Below are positions 21,401 to 31,048 of a stretch of 64,000 nucleotides of DNA, piece after piece. The notes under the pieces are model-generated. The model was not told where the DNA came from. It saw only the letters and a list, made by a program, of their open reading frames with translations, and did no database searches. How positions within the stretch are numbered: position 1 is the first letter of the stretch; every line of letters starts with the position of its first letter. The DNA is taken from positions 42,131 to 106,130 of the IMG/VR virus record IMGVR_UViG_3300014204_007089; one strand, written 5' to 3'. Source of the stretch: a virus. Taxonomy: Duplodnaviria; Caudoviricetes. The position numbers and the translations under genes are program-made.

Positions 21401-23373
21401 GAGCTGGCTTGTACTATTTTATTAGCATCTCCTGCTCCTGGAACTATTCCATTAATTACAATATCATTTCCATTTTTATCAGTTGATATTAAATAACCAT
21501 CTGAATTTCTAAACCATAAAGTTGAACTTCCATCAACTGGATTTCCACCAGGAACTGAATTTTGACCAACTAATACTAATCCTGTTGGATCTATTAATCC
21601 ATCAACCGTTAATTTTCCACCAATTGTTACATTATTTGCAAAATAACTATCGTAATAAACTTCTAATGGTGCAATATCACAATCTTTATCAATTTTAACA
21701 ACAAGATTAAATTCAGAATCTAAAAACAGAATTCTTCCATCTAAACCATCAGTAGCTGCACCAGGAAGTATTAAAACATCTCCTCCATATAAACTACCTT
21801 CTCCAGCATAAATATTAACAGATCCTCCATAATAACCATCACCAGCTTCAATCTGTAAACGTCCACCTAGATTTTCTCCAGATCCACTATCACCACAAAT
21901 AAGATGAATATTTCCACCATAACCAATTGAACTAGTTCCTGCAAACAAAGCAATATCACCTGGATATTCATAACCATTTCCTGAAGTGATAACTGTATTT
22001 CCACCAATAGAATTTGAACTATTTCCTCCACCAATGGTTAATTCACCTCCAATATCATAACCATCTCCTCCAAGTAAATAAATACTACCACCAGAACTTA
22101 ATAAACTTGTAGTTCCAATAATACTACAACCATCACTTAATACTATTCCATTTGAATTTATTAAATTATTAACTGTTAAATTGTTTGTAAAATAACCATC
22201 AGCAGCATATAAAGATCCCCAACGATATCCATCTTGATTTGCACCAAGATCTATTCCTGGATTTCCTGGATATGTATTATTAGGATCTAATACTGAACAC
22301 ATACTTGTTTCATTAATTCTTATAAAACGATTATGATATTCTTCTTCATTACCTACCCATAATTCAATAGCACTTCCAGGATTAAAACTAGTTGAACAAA
22401 TTTGAATTACATTATCATCATTTTCTACTTTAACTACAGTCTTATTTTTTGAAGATAATGTACACACATCATCTGATGATAATGTAGCTATACCATATCC
22501 GTCTAAAGATAATGATGAGCCACCATCCCTTCCTACAAACATATTTATAGAACCAAATGTATTATTATTAATATTTAATGTTTTTATAGCGCCATAATAA
22601 GTACTTTCATTTATTTCTATTGTAAAACTACCTGTACTATAAATTTTATCATTTTCTGTAATTACAATATCAGTACCATCAGTAATATTTCCAATTGATA
22701 ATGTTTCTGATAAACTTTCACCACCATTCACTCCAGCAATAAATATAACTTTAGAATAATAAACTTCTACAATATCAGTAGTTCTTAATGTTTGTGTTCC
22801 TAACCATGTAAGAGTTTTACTAGATATTGAATAGTCTCCAATCTCCTGTTTTATACCATCTATAAATAATGCAAGTGAATTTAACCAAGGTTTTGTTAAA
22901 AGAGTAAATGTTGTTTGACCTGGAGAAGAAACTATTAAAGCTTCATGAATTGGACAATATCCATCACTGCTGTAACCATCACTTCCACCACCAGTAATTG
23001 TTATTTCTGCTTCATCTGTTCCAACTTTTGCAACTGAAACTCCACTACCAATAAAATTAATAACAGATACTGGATTTACAATTGAAACACCGTTATTTCT
23101 AATATCAATATAAGCATATCCATCATTATATCCATCACGACTCTCTAAAGCATCAAGTCTGGCACGTACAGTTCCATATGTTCCACTAGGCTTTATACCC
23201 AATTCAGACTCAATAGCTAAAATTGAATCTTTTTGACGATTTACAACCTCTGCTTTTACTGGAGTTTTTAAATCTATAACTGTAGGTAAACCATGAGTAT
23301 CTCCTGGTGTAGGGTCATCGAAATCAAATGGATAACGAGTATATATAAATGATGGATTATAAAGCCTTACCAT
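18466..23373 (-). CDS. Long tail fibre / receptor-binding protein
   Basis: 1635 aa; N-terminal anchor module, Gly-rich repeats, beta-helix, three G(T)xGxxxPxW/F...TxDxxxxW-type modules; 12 DGY. Confidence 0.75.
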   Translation of the reverse strand: MVRLYNPSFIYTRYPFDFDDPTPGDTHGLPTVIDLKTPVKAEVVNRQKDSILAIESELGIKPSGTYGTVRARLDALESRDGYNDGYAYIDIRNNGVSIVNPVSVINFIGSGVSVAKVGTDEAEITITGGGSDGYSSDGYCPIHEALIVSSPGQTTFTLLTKPWLNSLALFIDGIKQEIGDYSISSKTLTWLGTQTLRTTDIVEVYYSKVIFIAGVNGGESLSETLSIGNITDGTDIVITENDKIYSTGSFTIEINESTYYGAIKTLNINNNTFGSINMFVGRDGGSSLSLDGYGIATLSSDDVCTLSSKNKTVVKVENDDNVIQICSTSFNPGSAIELWVGNEEEYHNRFIRINETSMCSVLDPNNTYPGNPGIDLGANQDGYRWGSLYAADGYFTNNLTVNNLINSNGIVLSDGCSIIGTTSLLSSGGSIYLLGGDGYDIGGELTIGGGNSSNSIGGNTVITSGNGYEYPGDIALFAGTSSIGYGGNIHLICGDSGSGENLGGRLQIEAGDGYYGGSVNIYAGEGSLYGGDVLILPGAATDGLDGRILFLDSEFNLVVKIDKDCDIAPLEVYYDSYFANNVTIGGKLTVDGLIDPTGLVLVGQNSVPGGNPVDGSSTLWFRNSDGYLISTDKNGNDIVINGIVPGAGDANKIVQASSTGNGIDYSIIESSLSSSIENDGQRHFKRNDTVVITDYPYSASDHYISTTGSINNGSSTLIVADGSELLNNYGIVIQGAGSAHGLKTPNAPEVFQQGTTGASTVEVKVVAATRHRGYTVASSATTIVNAAAAFTKTNWLGVWPEIIPGATWYLIYVRRGGVGSFTLRKVIPGQITLSYSNATGSHRPVVVIDSETAISTLPMFPLTEPVSSQSNYLRTRIISGGGTTNLIINTPARTTVSSLNVYNDNWSAITDALDSFPKMPNSPIYLGGDIEIPRGEFLIWDDIHVMKTSSIRGHGGNWNIPISQIRPIDSLYGLSIDHNRDCPQWTPGVPVKLGDSLRPARYWNNLTYIWECTTPGITGTTYPTFTYTVGTTITDGSVVWTCANYKTITAAQSILEHFGLIAYNKLYIDGVKAPLIPGAFEVAGTEIVANSVHNTYATVKLWTPGGDLVSGRYVVPSDGYETGFRYRIGSSGTSGLTEPIWSKIHNSITLDNGISLTAEWMPVIWGAGILTSAQMSANHVCVTFSSGWAWFLNGKSSGTGTNTDGAIFDNISAYECGGGIYIEGYDASIATFNNAFVGVCGAGLVDLGFYGSRFMNCFWESNYRGPQNSLTGVQSCSRFDGCYWEDVASAAPDHYLYSPSHGSGGVIGAGTLIKGTMKWSPLPSSNGFNYGMVNYNPTCTHPLTSVMSWPGTDYCAFETYTQSDGASQLRGHLRFLFNYTTRIWSMGSRQYSQYKIAYQIEQGSAQGDMFQVDKFHLGVGKSLLSVVSGVPTTGCYQAGDLLLWSNPSRLAIKNKTTGGYCVPLNDGYWTNNQAYGAASSNVIRNTINTHIFAIITGGTSGSVEPTWNTTLGTITTDGSCEWICWSTYAVPEWISQPAPSADIYNLPDSDAGIGYATRRARTTTTYTNHHSITLSAIDAIKGDLIEILRDDSGVSYHAYIKRADTTLIYTLDSKGSVELLFDGTNWIVLRGSSWL

Positions 23374-23431
23374 TATTCCTCAAGTAATTTAAAATATTTT
23401 TCAAATATATTCCAAATTATGCACTCCAATT

Positions 23432-23467
23432 AAAAAAGCTCGGGAAGTTTTCATTCCCGAGCTTTTT
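23432..23467. terminator. Intrinsic (bidirectional) terminator
   Basis: AAAAAGCTCGGGAA-gttttca-TTCCCGAGCTTTTT hairpin between replication and virion blocks. Confidence 0.85.
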
Positions 23468-23488
23468 ACTATTTAATTTATATATTAA

Positions 23489-23791
23489 TTATACTAAAAA
23501 TAATTTTTCAACTTGAGAAAAAGTTACACTATTTGGATTGATTCTATAATAATAAGTTTTCTTACTAGTATGTCGATTTAATTCATAAGAACTCTTACAT
23601 TCAACTTCAAAACCACCATATGTTTCTTTACGCAAATCCCTAACTCTAGCAGTTCCTGATGGAACTCTGGTTAACTTATGTCTTGGAATCCATTCTCCTC
23701 CTACTGAAAGTAAACGAAGAGCAACTCTCTGAGTATTATTTTTAACTTGTGTTCTACTGATATTTTTAATAAATGATTGAATATTATTCAT
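23489..23791 (-). CDS. Putative winged-helix DNA-binding protein
   Basis: 100 aa; TARVRDLRK helix followed by a beta-wing (YYYRI). Confidence 0.5.
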   Translation of the reverse strand: MNNIQSFIKNISRTQVKNNTQRVALRLLSVGGEWIPRHKLTRVPSGTARVRDLRKETYGGFEVECKSSYELNRHTSKKTYYYRINPNSVTFSQVEKLFLV

Positions 23792-23996
23792 TTTCTTCCT
23801 TTTTTTCTTCTAATGTTATTGGTCCTGATATGGCTTTTACACCATCAAGTAATTGACTTAATTTAATTTCTGCAGAATTAACTAATAATTGTAATGGGTT
23901 ATTAACATTTCTAGATGCAATACTTACAAATACATAATATGGTTTATTTGATCTTTGAAATTCCAAATATCCACCATCATTAAATGTAATTCTCAT
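23784..23996 (-). CDS. Hypothetical protein
   Basis: 70 aa, overlaps the next gene. Confidence 0.55.
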   Translation of the reverse strand: MRITFNDGGYLEFQRSNKPYYVFVSIASRNVNNPLQLLVNSAEIKLSQLLDGVKAISGPITLEEKKEENE

Positions 23997-24007
23997 GTTT
24001 TAACCTT

Positions 24008-24817
24008 CTAAATAAAATCTTTAACAAAAATTTTATGATCTGTAATAATATGTTTATTACCATCTTCATCTATAGTAACACTGTGTTCAAAATGAACACC
24101 TATTTCTTTTGTTATAACTGTCCATTTATCATTAAGTATTTTTGTATTTGTGTTTTTACCAAATACAAACATTGGTTCAATTGCAATTGACATTCCTGGT
24201 CTAATTATCACACCGTCACTTGATTTTGATTTATTAGCAATAAATGGAGATGCGTGTAGCATATCACTATCTATTCCATGACCACCATACATAGTTATAA
24301 CACCAAAACCATCATCTTTAGATTTTTTATGTATTACATTTCCAATTTCTCCAATTTTATTTCCTGGTTTAAATACTTCTATTGCATCATATAAAGCATT
24401 TTGACAAGAAAATAATAATTTCATTATTTTATCATCTTTTGGTTTCCCATATATATAAGTCACAGCACAATCAGCAATTGCAGATTGAAAAGTAACTCCA
24501 ACATCTAATGTTAATACATCTCCAGATTGAAGTATAATATCACGATTTGCAAAACCATGTACTAATTCTTTATTTAAAGAAGCACAAACAGATGTTGGAA
24601 AACCACGATAATGTAAAAATGTAGGAGTACATCCAGAATTATCAATAATATTATTAGCAACTTTTTCCAAAGAAGATAAAGTAAGATTTTTAGACATACC
24701 TTTTATCATTTTAAAAAATTCATGATGAATATTTTTAATAACATCACCAGCAATTTTTTGTCTTTTAATCCATTTTTTATCTTTTAAGACAATTATTTGT
24801 CCATTATCTAAAGTCAT
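24008..24817 (-). CDS. map: Methionine aminopeptidase type I
   Basis: CASLNKELVHG, LDVG, ADCA, GHGI, AIEPM, HFEHS; all metal ligands present. Confidence 0.93.
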   Translation of the reverse strand: MTLDNGQIIVLKDKKWIKRQKIAGDVIKNIHHEFFKMIKGMSKNLTLSSLEKVANNIIDNSGCTPTFLHYRGFPTSVCASLNKELVHGFANRDIILQSGDVLTLDVGVTFQSAIADCAVTYIYGKPKDDKIMKLLFSCQNALYDAIEVFKPGNKIGEIGNVIHKKSKDDGFGVITMYGGHGIDSDMLHASPFIANKSKSSDGVIIRPGMSIAIEPMFVFGKNTNTKILNDKWTVITKEIGVHFEHSVTIDEDGNKHIITDHKIFVKDFI

Positions 24818-24839
24818 CTTATTATCTTTCTATTCTTGC

Positions 24840-25076
24840 TTATTTTTGCTTATTTTTATTTATAACTCTATCTTTATTTTTTTCCAATGAAAATAAAGAA
24901 TTAACATCTAAATGTTTAAGATTTTCTACAAATTGTTTATCAAGATCTAATCTTATTTTATTTAGTTCTTGAAAATCAGATTTCTGACATGCACTCTTAT
25001 CATTTAAAACTACATATATATGATTTCTAACAGCAACTAATGCTGCTAAATTATTCAGATTAATTTTATTTGACAT
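24840..25076 (-). CDS. Hypothetical protein
   Basis: 78 aa with RBS AGGA. Confidence 0.55.
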   Translation of the reverse strand: MSNKINLNNLAALVAVRNHIYVVLNDKSACQKSDFQELNKIRLDLDKQFVENLKHLDVNSLFSLEKNKDRVINKNKQK

Positions 25077-25123
25077 TATAATTCCTATAATTTTAACAGC
25101 ATTATTTACTATTCTTATAATTT

Positions 25124-25385
25124 GTGAACTACCCTCACCTAAAAGTAAGGGGTTTTTGGATCCTCATGGTTCCAACATATTGAGGATCATCCTCAATAGC
25201 TTGTCCCAGGCAATAAATGTTTAATAATTAAAATTTTAATTCGTTTTTCTAAGAATCTTTGTGCTAAAAAATAGCACCATGTGATCTTCTATTCAGAATA
25301 TATCAAGAGATTCCTAAAATAAAGAAAAAAGTTTAACAACAATTCATCCTTCTCCTAAAGGAAAGGGATTTATTGTTGAAAAAGG
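25124..25385 (-). mobile_element. Non-autonomous IS200/IS605 element (262 bp)
   Basis: Minus strand TTTAA|CCTTTTTCAAC...GGGTAGTTCAC; homologous to 36573 and 38668 copies with internal deletions. Confidence 0.85.
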
Positions 25386-25619
25386 TTAAACAGATACTTC
25401 TTCTTCTGGCCAAGTAATAACACCAGTATTAATATCAACATTACAACGCGGGTCTAAACCACGCTCAAGGAAAAATTGTTGTAATTGAAGTTTATATTCA
25501 AGTTCAGCAATTCTTGCATCCTTTACTGTTTTTTCAGCGGCTGTAGCAGTTTCAATACCCTTAGTACGTGCTTCAATAATACCCTTTAATTCTTCCACAT
25601 CTACTTTAGTTGTTTTCAT
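25386..25619 (-). CDS. Hypothetical protein
   Basis: Likely start MKTTK at 25619 after AAGGAG; its stop TAA is part of the TTTAA target of the adjacent element. Confidence 0.6.
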   Translation of the reverse strand: MKTTKVDVEELKGIIEARTKGIETATAAEKTVKDARIAELEYKLQLQQFFLERGLDPRCNVDINTGVITWPEEEVSV

Positions 25620-25670
25620 TATATTGCTCCTTATAATTATCAATTTATTTATATATCACACAAATTTTAA

Positions 25671-26066
25671 TTAATCAAAAATACTCCAAGTTTCTATAAT
25701 CATTTCATAATAAAGTTGTTTTGATAAATTTCTCGTCTGTTTATTTTGTTTGGTAATAAATTTAGGTTTAAACCATTCTGCAAATAAAATACCTTTATGA
25801 TATATAATAGATCCTCTATCACCATTGTCAATTATTTCAATCTCTAATTTTAATAATAAATCTCTTAAAGATATTTTTTGTTCTATTGTTAAATATATAT
25901 CAGGCCAGAATTCTTCTACAGGAATTCCAATTTTTTCTAAAATATCTCTTAAAAAAGAATTTCTTTCTTCTTCTTCAACTGTTTTTGCATCTTCTCTATC
26001 TAAATATATAGATCTTTTTTCAACCACAACCCTTACTCCATCCACATGTACAAGATATACACCCAT
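25671..26066 (-). CDS. Hypothetical protein
   Basis: ORF overlapping the RNR stop; real start probably near 26027 (GTG). Confidence 0.55.
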   Translation of the reverse strand: MGVYLVHVDGVRVVVEKRSIYLDREDAKTVEEEERNSFLRDILEKIGIPVEEFWPDIYLTIEQKISLRDLLLKLEIEIIDNGDRGSIIYHKGILFAEWFKPKFITKQNKQTRNLSKQLYYEMIIETWSIFD

Positions 26067-29000
26067 CCATATATATTAATTCTTTTCTACCACAACTTGG
26101 ACATTCACCTCCAGCACTTTCACCATCTATAATGTATTTCTTCAATACTCTAGAAGTAGCTGCTGCTAAATCAGAAACATCCTCAGCTGCTTTCCCCAAT
26201 TGATCTACAATATATTTAATAGGAATAGAATGTCTTAATGAAATAGATACCATTCTAAATAACATTTGTTCAGATGCTGTAAAATATTCTCCAAAATCAT
26301 TAAATGAAATAGAATCATCTATAGTTAATTTATATTTACTATGACCTTCTTTTGTCATTGTTCCCTTCTTGGTCTTAAACTTAAATGCCATTGTTTCAGG
26401 AATTAATCCACCAAACATTTCATATGGCATATTGTTTTGTAAACCAACTACCATAATATACTGTTTACCATGTACCTTTACTTGATAAACATCACATGGT
26501 AATTCTTTTTGTCTTGGTGTAGCGTTTAATGATTTTACACTATCTGATACGATTAAATTAAGTTCTTTAGCTTCTTCTTCGGTAAAATTACTATTATGAA
26601 TTTTAATTCCATCATTTTTAAGTTCAAAAGCTAATTGCTTAAACGGAATATATGAAATAATTCCATACATCTTCTTATCTTTATAAGCAGCAAGACTCTT
26701 TACACCTTTTTTATTTGCTTGAACAATAAGATTATAAATATCTTGCCAAGAAGAATTTTCTGATAAAGAATATGTTACCGAAATAGATGAATCAACATAT
26801 TTCATTAATTTTGACATTAAATTTAATTTATCCAAAGGTTTGATATCACTAGATTTCTTAAATTTAATACCAATTTTTTCAGCATTTTCATTAATAAATT
26901 TTGCAATTGGAATTCCATTAGATCCATCCCAAGTATCTTTAATAGTATCAGAATTAATAGGAATTGAATATCCAGCTTTTTCAAAAGTAGTTCTAACAAC
27001 ATTTGGAACACAAAAATAATATTCATAAAACCCAGAAATTTTAGTACGTTTCCAATAATACATACCAATAGCTGGTTCCACTCCAGTTGAAATAATATAA
27101 TCTCTAAACATTAAAGATAGAGTATTATGATTTATAACACCATTTGCAGTTACATATGTATGTTCAGGATTGTCTACTTCAATATCATATGTTTTTATTA
27201 TTTCCCTGGTAATATTTTTAATCTTTAAATTAAAATAATTATCAAAATTAAATGGAAATTTAATAAAATCATAAATTTTATTTAAAGTAATTCTATTAAT
27301 ATGAGTTAATAACCCTTTATGTCTATTTAATACTAAATTAATATTATTATACAAATTGCATTTTTTATTACGCATTTGTTTACGATACTGTTTTAAAATA
27401 TAAGATAATATATAAATTTTTTCTTGATCTTTTTTAAAAACTTTTAATTTGTTATTTTTTCTATTACTTAAAAATCCAATTTTTTTCTTAAATAAATTTT
27501 TATCAGATGTAAATCTTATATCAAGATTATACCAAGCTATATTGTTTATATTTTTTTTAAAATTTATAAATGATTGTATACCAACATATGTTAATAATTC
27601 TTGAACCTCTTGCATAATATTTTTATGTTTTGAACTTAATGAAATATGAGAACTATGAGAAGTTCCATCTGCTTCAAACAAACCTCTTAAATAAGCACAA
27701 ATTACTGATTTGGGAGATTTGAAAATATATTCTGGAATATGATAAATATAATTATTTTCAACTCCACGTGATGGAAAATCTTTTTTACTAAATCCATTTT
27801 TAATAAAATAATTACAAACATTTACAGAATAAATACTTACTGTAAATGTTTTTTCATTATTAGTTTTAACAATAGAAACATCACAATTAAATAATTTTTT
27901 AATTAAAGTTTGTATTTTTTCAACAAGGTCTATATCTTCATCAAAAACTGTAAATCTAATTGCACTTGCTTTATCATCTGTACATCTAAAATTTAAACTA
28001 CCATCACCCGTAAATAATCCTATTATTTCTGCTAACTCTTCAGTCAATTCTACTGGATATTTTAAATTTTTTATTGAACTAGAATGATTACTATATATGT
28101 CAGTATTTAATTTTACATATTGTTTTGGTTCATTATCAGATCCTTTACAAAGAATAGCAATATCACCAATCTTTAAATTAGGAGCATATTCCCAATCATA
28201 TTTCCCATCTTTAAGTATGCGAATTCTATGAGTCTCTGAAACTTTAATTTCACGACCATCTTCAAACTCAATTACATATCCATTAACTTCTCCATTATTA
28301 TAAAATGATAATACTTTACTAGTACCATTTTCATGTGAAATAAATGTTTCAGGAACATTATAACTAAATTGTTTTTCTTCTGGATACTCATTAACAATAT
28401 CTTTTATTTTAACTAACCCACGATCTGTAATAATTCTAGTATTTTCTTCAATACATCCAGTTGGAGCAATGCTAGAACACGTACAATTACGCATAGTTTC
28501 AAATACAAGACCTTGCTCAATCATATTTTTAATGAATGGAGATTGTTCATATTGTTCTTTTACAAACAATCCAAATGAACCTTTTTCTTTACCAAGAGAA
28601 ATAGATGATTCATATAAATAAAAATTATATAATCTATTAAAATCAAATAATGCTTCATTAGCTTGTTCTGAACCATATTCTAAATTTTGCTTAAAGAACC
28701 AAGCTGCAATATTTGTAATGCCAGCTCCTGTCCTTCTAAGTTTTTCAATAGCTAATCTCTGATGAGGAGTTGAATAGGTTTGTCCAATCAATTCCATTTC
28801 ATTTACATTATCTAAAAATCTATTAACAGAATAAGAAATGGTTTTTAATTCTTGTGTATAAAGATCTTTTTCCGTACTAAAACGTCCAGCATTAATAGAA
28901 GATAATACACAAACACTATCTCTAGATAGATATTGTTCTGAACACGCATTAGAACTAATCACTTTTGGGCAATATTCTCCAGTAGGATCTGTTAAATAAT

Positions 29001-29943
29001 CACTATTTGACCAGTATTTAGCCATATCAATTTGCTGGATACCTGGTTCTCCATGTGAGATGGCATTCTTTGCAATTAATTCTAATAAATATCTAGCTTT
29101 TACTACTTTTTTTACAACTTCTTCTGAACGATCTTTTTTAGCTAATCTATAATATCTTCCTTGTTCATCCTTTTTACAATCCATATCAGTAGAATGTATA
29201 TCTACATATACACGATCACCTTTTTTTGTACTAGGAATTGTAAAAGACATTTCCCAATCAGCATCTTCATCTACTGCTTTATAAAAAGCATCATTTGTTT
29301 GTACTGAAATGTTTGCATTTTGAATAATTGTATGGTCACTTTTTACTTTAATAAATTCTTCAACATCAGGATGGTTAATAGAAAGAGAGAATAGCATTGC
29401 TGGAATTCTTCCCTTTTGTCCAATATAATTACCAATAGAATCAATAAATTTCATCCAATGAATAACTCCTTGGCTTTCATTTGATGAATTTCTTACTTCA
29501 CATCCCCTTGGACGTAGCTTGGAAAAATCTACCCCAAGGCCTTGGCGATATGCGGCCATTTTTGCAACAGTATACGATGTATTCTTTATAATAGATTCTA
29601 AGTTATCCCAATTTGTATCTTCTTGTCCGCCTAAACTTACAGTGGAACAATTAGACATAGAAATAGATTTACCAGAATAGGCACCCTGCATAATAGAACC
29701 TGCAGGATGCCACCAATCATTATAAATTTCATCAAACCATCTATCAGACCAAAACTTTTTTAATTCTTCTGTTGATTCACAAGAAGCTATATAATCACAA
29801 ACTCTTTTGAGTGATTGAACATAAGTTTCTTTTTGTCCATTTATAACTTGTGCATATTTTTTATTAAAGGCATCAATACTAAATTGATTTCCATTAAAAT
29901 ATTCTTCAGTACTTACATTCATAACATCTTCAAAAGTAACCAT
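26020..29943 (-). CDS. nrdJ: Class II (B12-dependent) ribonucleotide reductase, intein-containing
   Basis: SNCS, GLGVDFSKLRPRG, SNACSEQ, RRTGAG, SIAPTG|TLS, C-terminal Zn ribbon; no beta subunit nearby. Confidence 0.88.
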   Translation of the reverse strand: MVTFEDVMNVSTEEYFNGNQFSIDAFNKKYAQVINGQKETYVQSLKRVCDYIASCESTEELKKFWSDRWFDEIYNDWWHPAGSIMQGAYSGKSISMSNCSTVSLGGQEDTNWDNLESIIKNTSYTVAKMAAYRQGLGVDFSKLRPRGCEVRNSSNESQGVIHWMKFIDSIGNYIGQKGRIPAMLFSLSINHPDVEEFIKVKSDHTIIQNANISVQTNDAFYKAVDEDADWEMSFTIPSTKKGDRVYVDIHSTDMDCKKDEQGRYYRLAKKDRSEEVVKKVVKARYLLELIAKNAISHGEPGIQQIDMAKYWSNSDYLTDPTGEYCPKVISSNACSEQYLSRDSVCVLSSINAGRFSTEKDLYTQELKTISYSVNRFLDNVNEMELIGQTYSTPHQRLAIEKLRRTGAGITNIAAWFFKQNLEYGSEQANEALFDFNRLYNFYLYESSISLGKEKGSFGLFVKEQYEQSPFIKNMIEQGLVFETMRNCTCSSIAPTGCIEENTRIITDRGLVKIKDIVNEYPEEKQFSYNVPETFISHENGTSKVLSFYNNGEVNGYVIEFEDGREIKVSETHRIRILKDGKYDWEYAPNLKIGDIAILCKGSDNEPKQYVKLNTDIYSNHSSSIKNLKYPVELTEELAEIIGLFTGDGSLNFRCTDDKASAIRFTVFDEDIDLVEKIQTLIKKLFNCDVSIVKTNNEKTFTVSIYSVNVCNYFIKNGFSKKDFPSRGVENNYIYHIPEYIFKSPKSVICAYLRGLFEADGTSHSSHISLSSKHKNIMQEVQELLTYVGIQSFINFKKNINNIAWYNLDIRFTSDKNLFKKKIGFLSNRKNNKLKVFKKDQEKIYILSYILKQYRKQMRNKKCNLYNNINLVLNRHKGLLTHINRITLNKIYDFIKFPFNFDNYFNLKIKNITREIIKTYDIEVDNPEHTYVTANGVINHNTLSLMFRDYIISTGVEPAIGMYYWKRTKISGFYEYYFCVPNVVRTTFEKAGYSIPINSDTIKDTWDGSNGIPIAKFINENAEKIGIKFKKSSDIKPLDKLNLMSKLMKYVDSSISVTYSLSENSSWQDIYNLIVQANKKGVKSLAAYKDKKMYGIISYIPFKQLAFELKNDGIKIHNSNFTEEEAKELNLIVSDSVKSLNATPRQKELPCDVYQVKVHGKQYIMVVGLQNNMPYEMFGGLIPETMAFKFKTKKGTMTKEGHSKYKLTIDDSISFNDFGEYFTASEQMLFRMVSISLRHSIPIKYIVDQLGKAAEDVSDLAAATSRVLKKYIIDGESAGGECPSCGRKELIYMDGCISCTCGWSKGCG
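27124..28455 (-). mobile_element. Intein (444 aa) with LAGLIDADG endonuclease in RNR
   Basis: APTG|CIEENT...VINHN|TLS; EIIGLFTGDG and YLRGLFEADG. Confidence 0.92.
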
Positions 29944-29945
29944 AA

Positions 29946-30593
29946 TTAAATCTCCAAACCTATTAACTCTTGTTTTAATTTTCTTTTAGCTTCATTTAAT
30001 AATTTTAAGCATATTACCCTAGTAATCTTCAATTGTCCACATATTTTATCAATTGAATTTAGATTACATCTATCATTCGTCATTTCATAATGCAACTCTA
30101 TTACCCGTCTTTGTTCTTCTGGTAATTTTAAAACAGCATTCTTAATGATAATAGAATTTTCACAAGTAGAAAAATTATCTGATGCACTAGGATTATCATC
30201 AATCATTATTGGAATTTGAGAAACTTTATAAGGTTGAATATTTCTAGCGTGCTTTAAAGGTATTTTAATAGTTGAATGTCTATTTGCTTCTCTACTAACC
30301 TTTGTTTTCATATATTTATTAGCCCACCAAAAAAAATCACCCTTTTCAGGATTATATGAATGCAAAGCTGAATATAATGCAATTCTAGCATCTTGACGAA
30401 GATCTTCATAATTAGCAAAATTACGATATCTACGAGTTCTAGCATCTACAAGATACTCTAATTTTTCAATACATAATCCTTGAATTTTTTTTAATTCATT
30501 TTTTAGTTTTGAACTTTTTATTTTTTCGTATTCTCTACGAATAGTTACTAATTGAAATACTATATCATTAATCTCTATATTATTAGATTTCAT
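29946..30593 (-). CDS. Phage sigma-70 family sigma factor (FliA/sporulation-like)
   Basis: YEDLRQDARIALYSALHSYNPEKG (region 2); LPEEQRRVIELHY and HTH (region 4). Confidence 0.85.
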   Translation of the reverse strand: MKSNNIEINDIVFQLVTIRREYEKIKSSKLKNELKKIQGLCIEKLEYLVDARTRRYRNFANYEDLRQDARIALYSALHSYNPEKGDFFWWANKYMKTKVSREANRHSTIKIPLKHARNIQPYKVSQIPIMIDDNPSASDNFSTCENSIIIKNAVLKLPEEQRRVIELHYEMTNDRCNLNSIDKICGQLKITRVICLKLLNEAKRKLKQELIGLEI

Positions 30594-30602
30594 AGTAATT
30601 CC

Positions 30603-30863
30603 TTATTTAGTACCATATAAATTTGCAGCTAAATTATCATTTGTTTTAGCTTGTTTTGCAAGATCCTTTCCTTCTTTCCATAATTTACGTACAAGATCTT
30701 TTCCAGTTAATTCTACTTTTCCAGTAGCTGGTGTTGAAATTAATCTCTTAATATTTCCTTCACTTTTGCAATTTGGGCATACAGTAGGAACAGAATCATG
30801 TATGCTATAAATATCTTCCCATTCATAACCGCATTTAGAACATCCGTGCTCGTAAGTTGGCAT
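30603..30863 (-). CDS. FmdB-family zinc-ribbon protein
   Basis: MPTYEHGCSKCG...CPNC...RLIS. Confidence 0.8.
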   Translation of the reverse strand: MPTYEHGCSKCGYEWEDIYSIHDSVPTVCPNCKSEGNIKRLISTPATGKVELTGKDLVRKLWKEGKDLAKQAKTNDNLAANLYGTK

Positions 30864-30871
30864 TTTAACTC

Positions 30872-31048
30872 CTATTTTTGTATCAAATCTTTTCCAAGTA
30901 CTATTAATTCAACATCATCAATCCAATTTTCTCGAACTCTTTGTTTAAATGATTCATCAATTACTTTGAATACCAAATATAAATCTCCTGTAATAGGATC
31001 TGTTTCCATTCTTATTGCACGAGCAACTGTATCATTTTTATCTAACAT
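30872..31048 (-). CDS. Small hypothetical protein (58 aa)
   Basis: Not in track; MLDKNDTVARAIRMETDP...; TAATG coupling to the dnaB stop; fills the gap exactly. Confidence 0.65.
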   Translation of the reverse strand: MLDKNDTVARAIRMETDPITGDLYLVFKVIDESFKQRVRENWIDDVELIVLGKDLIQK

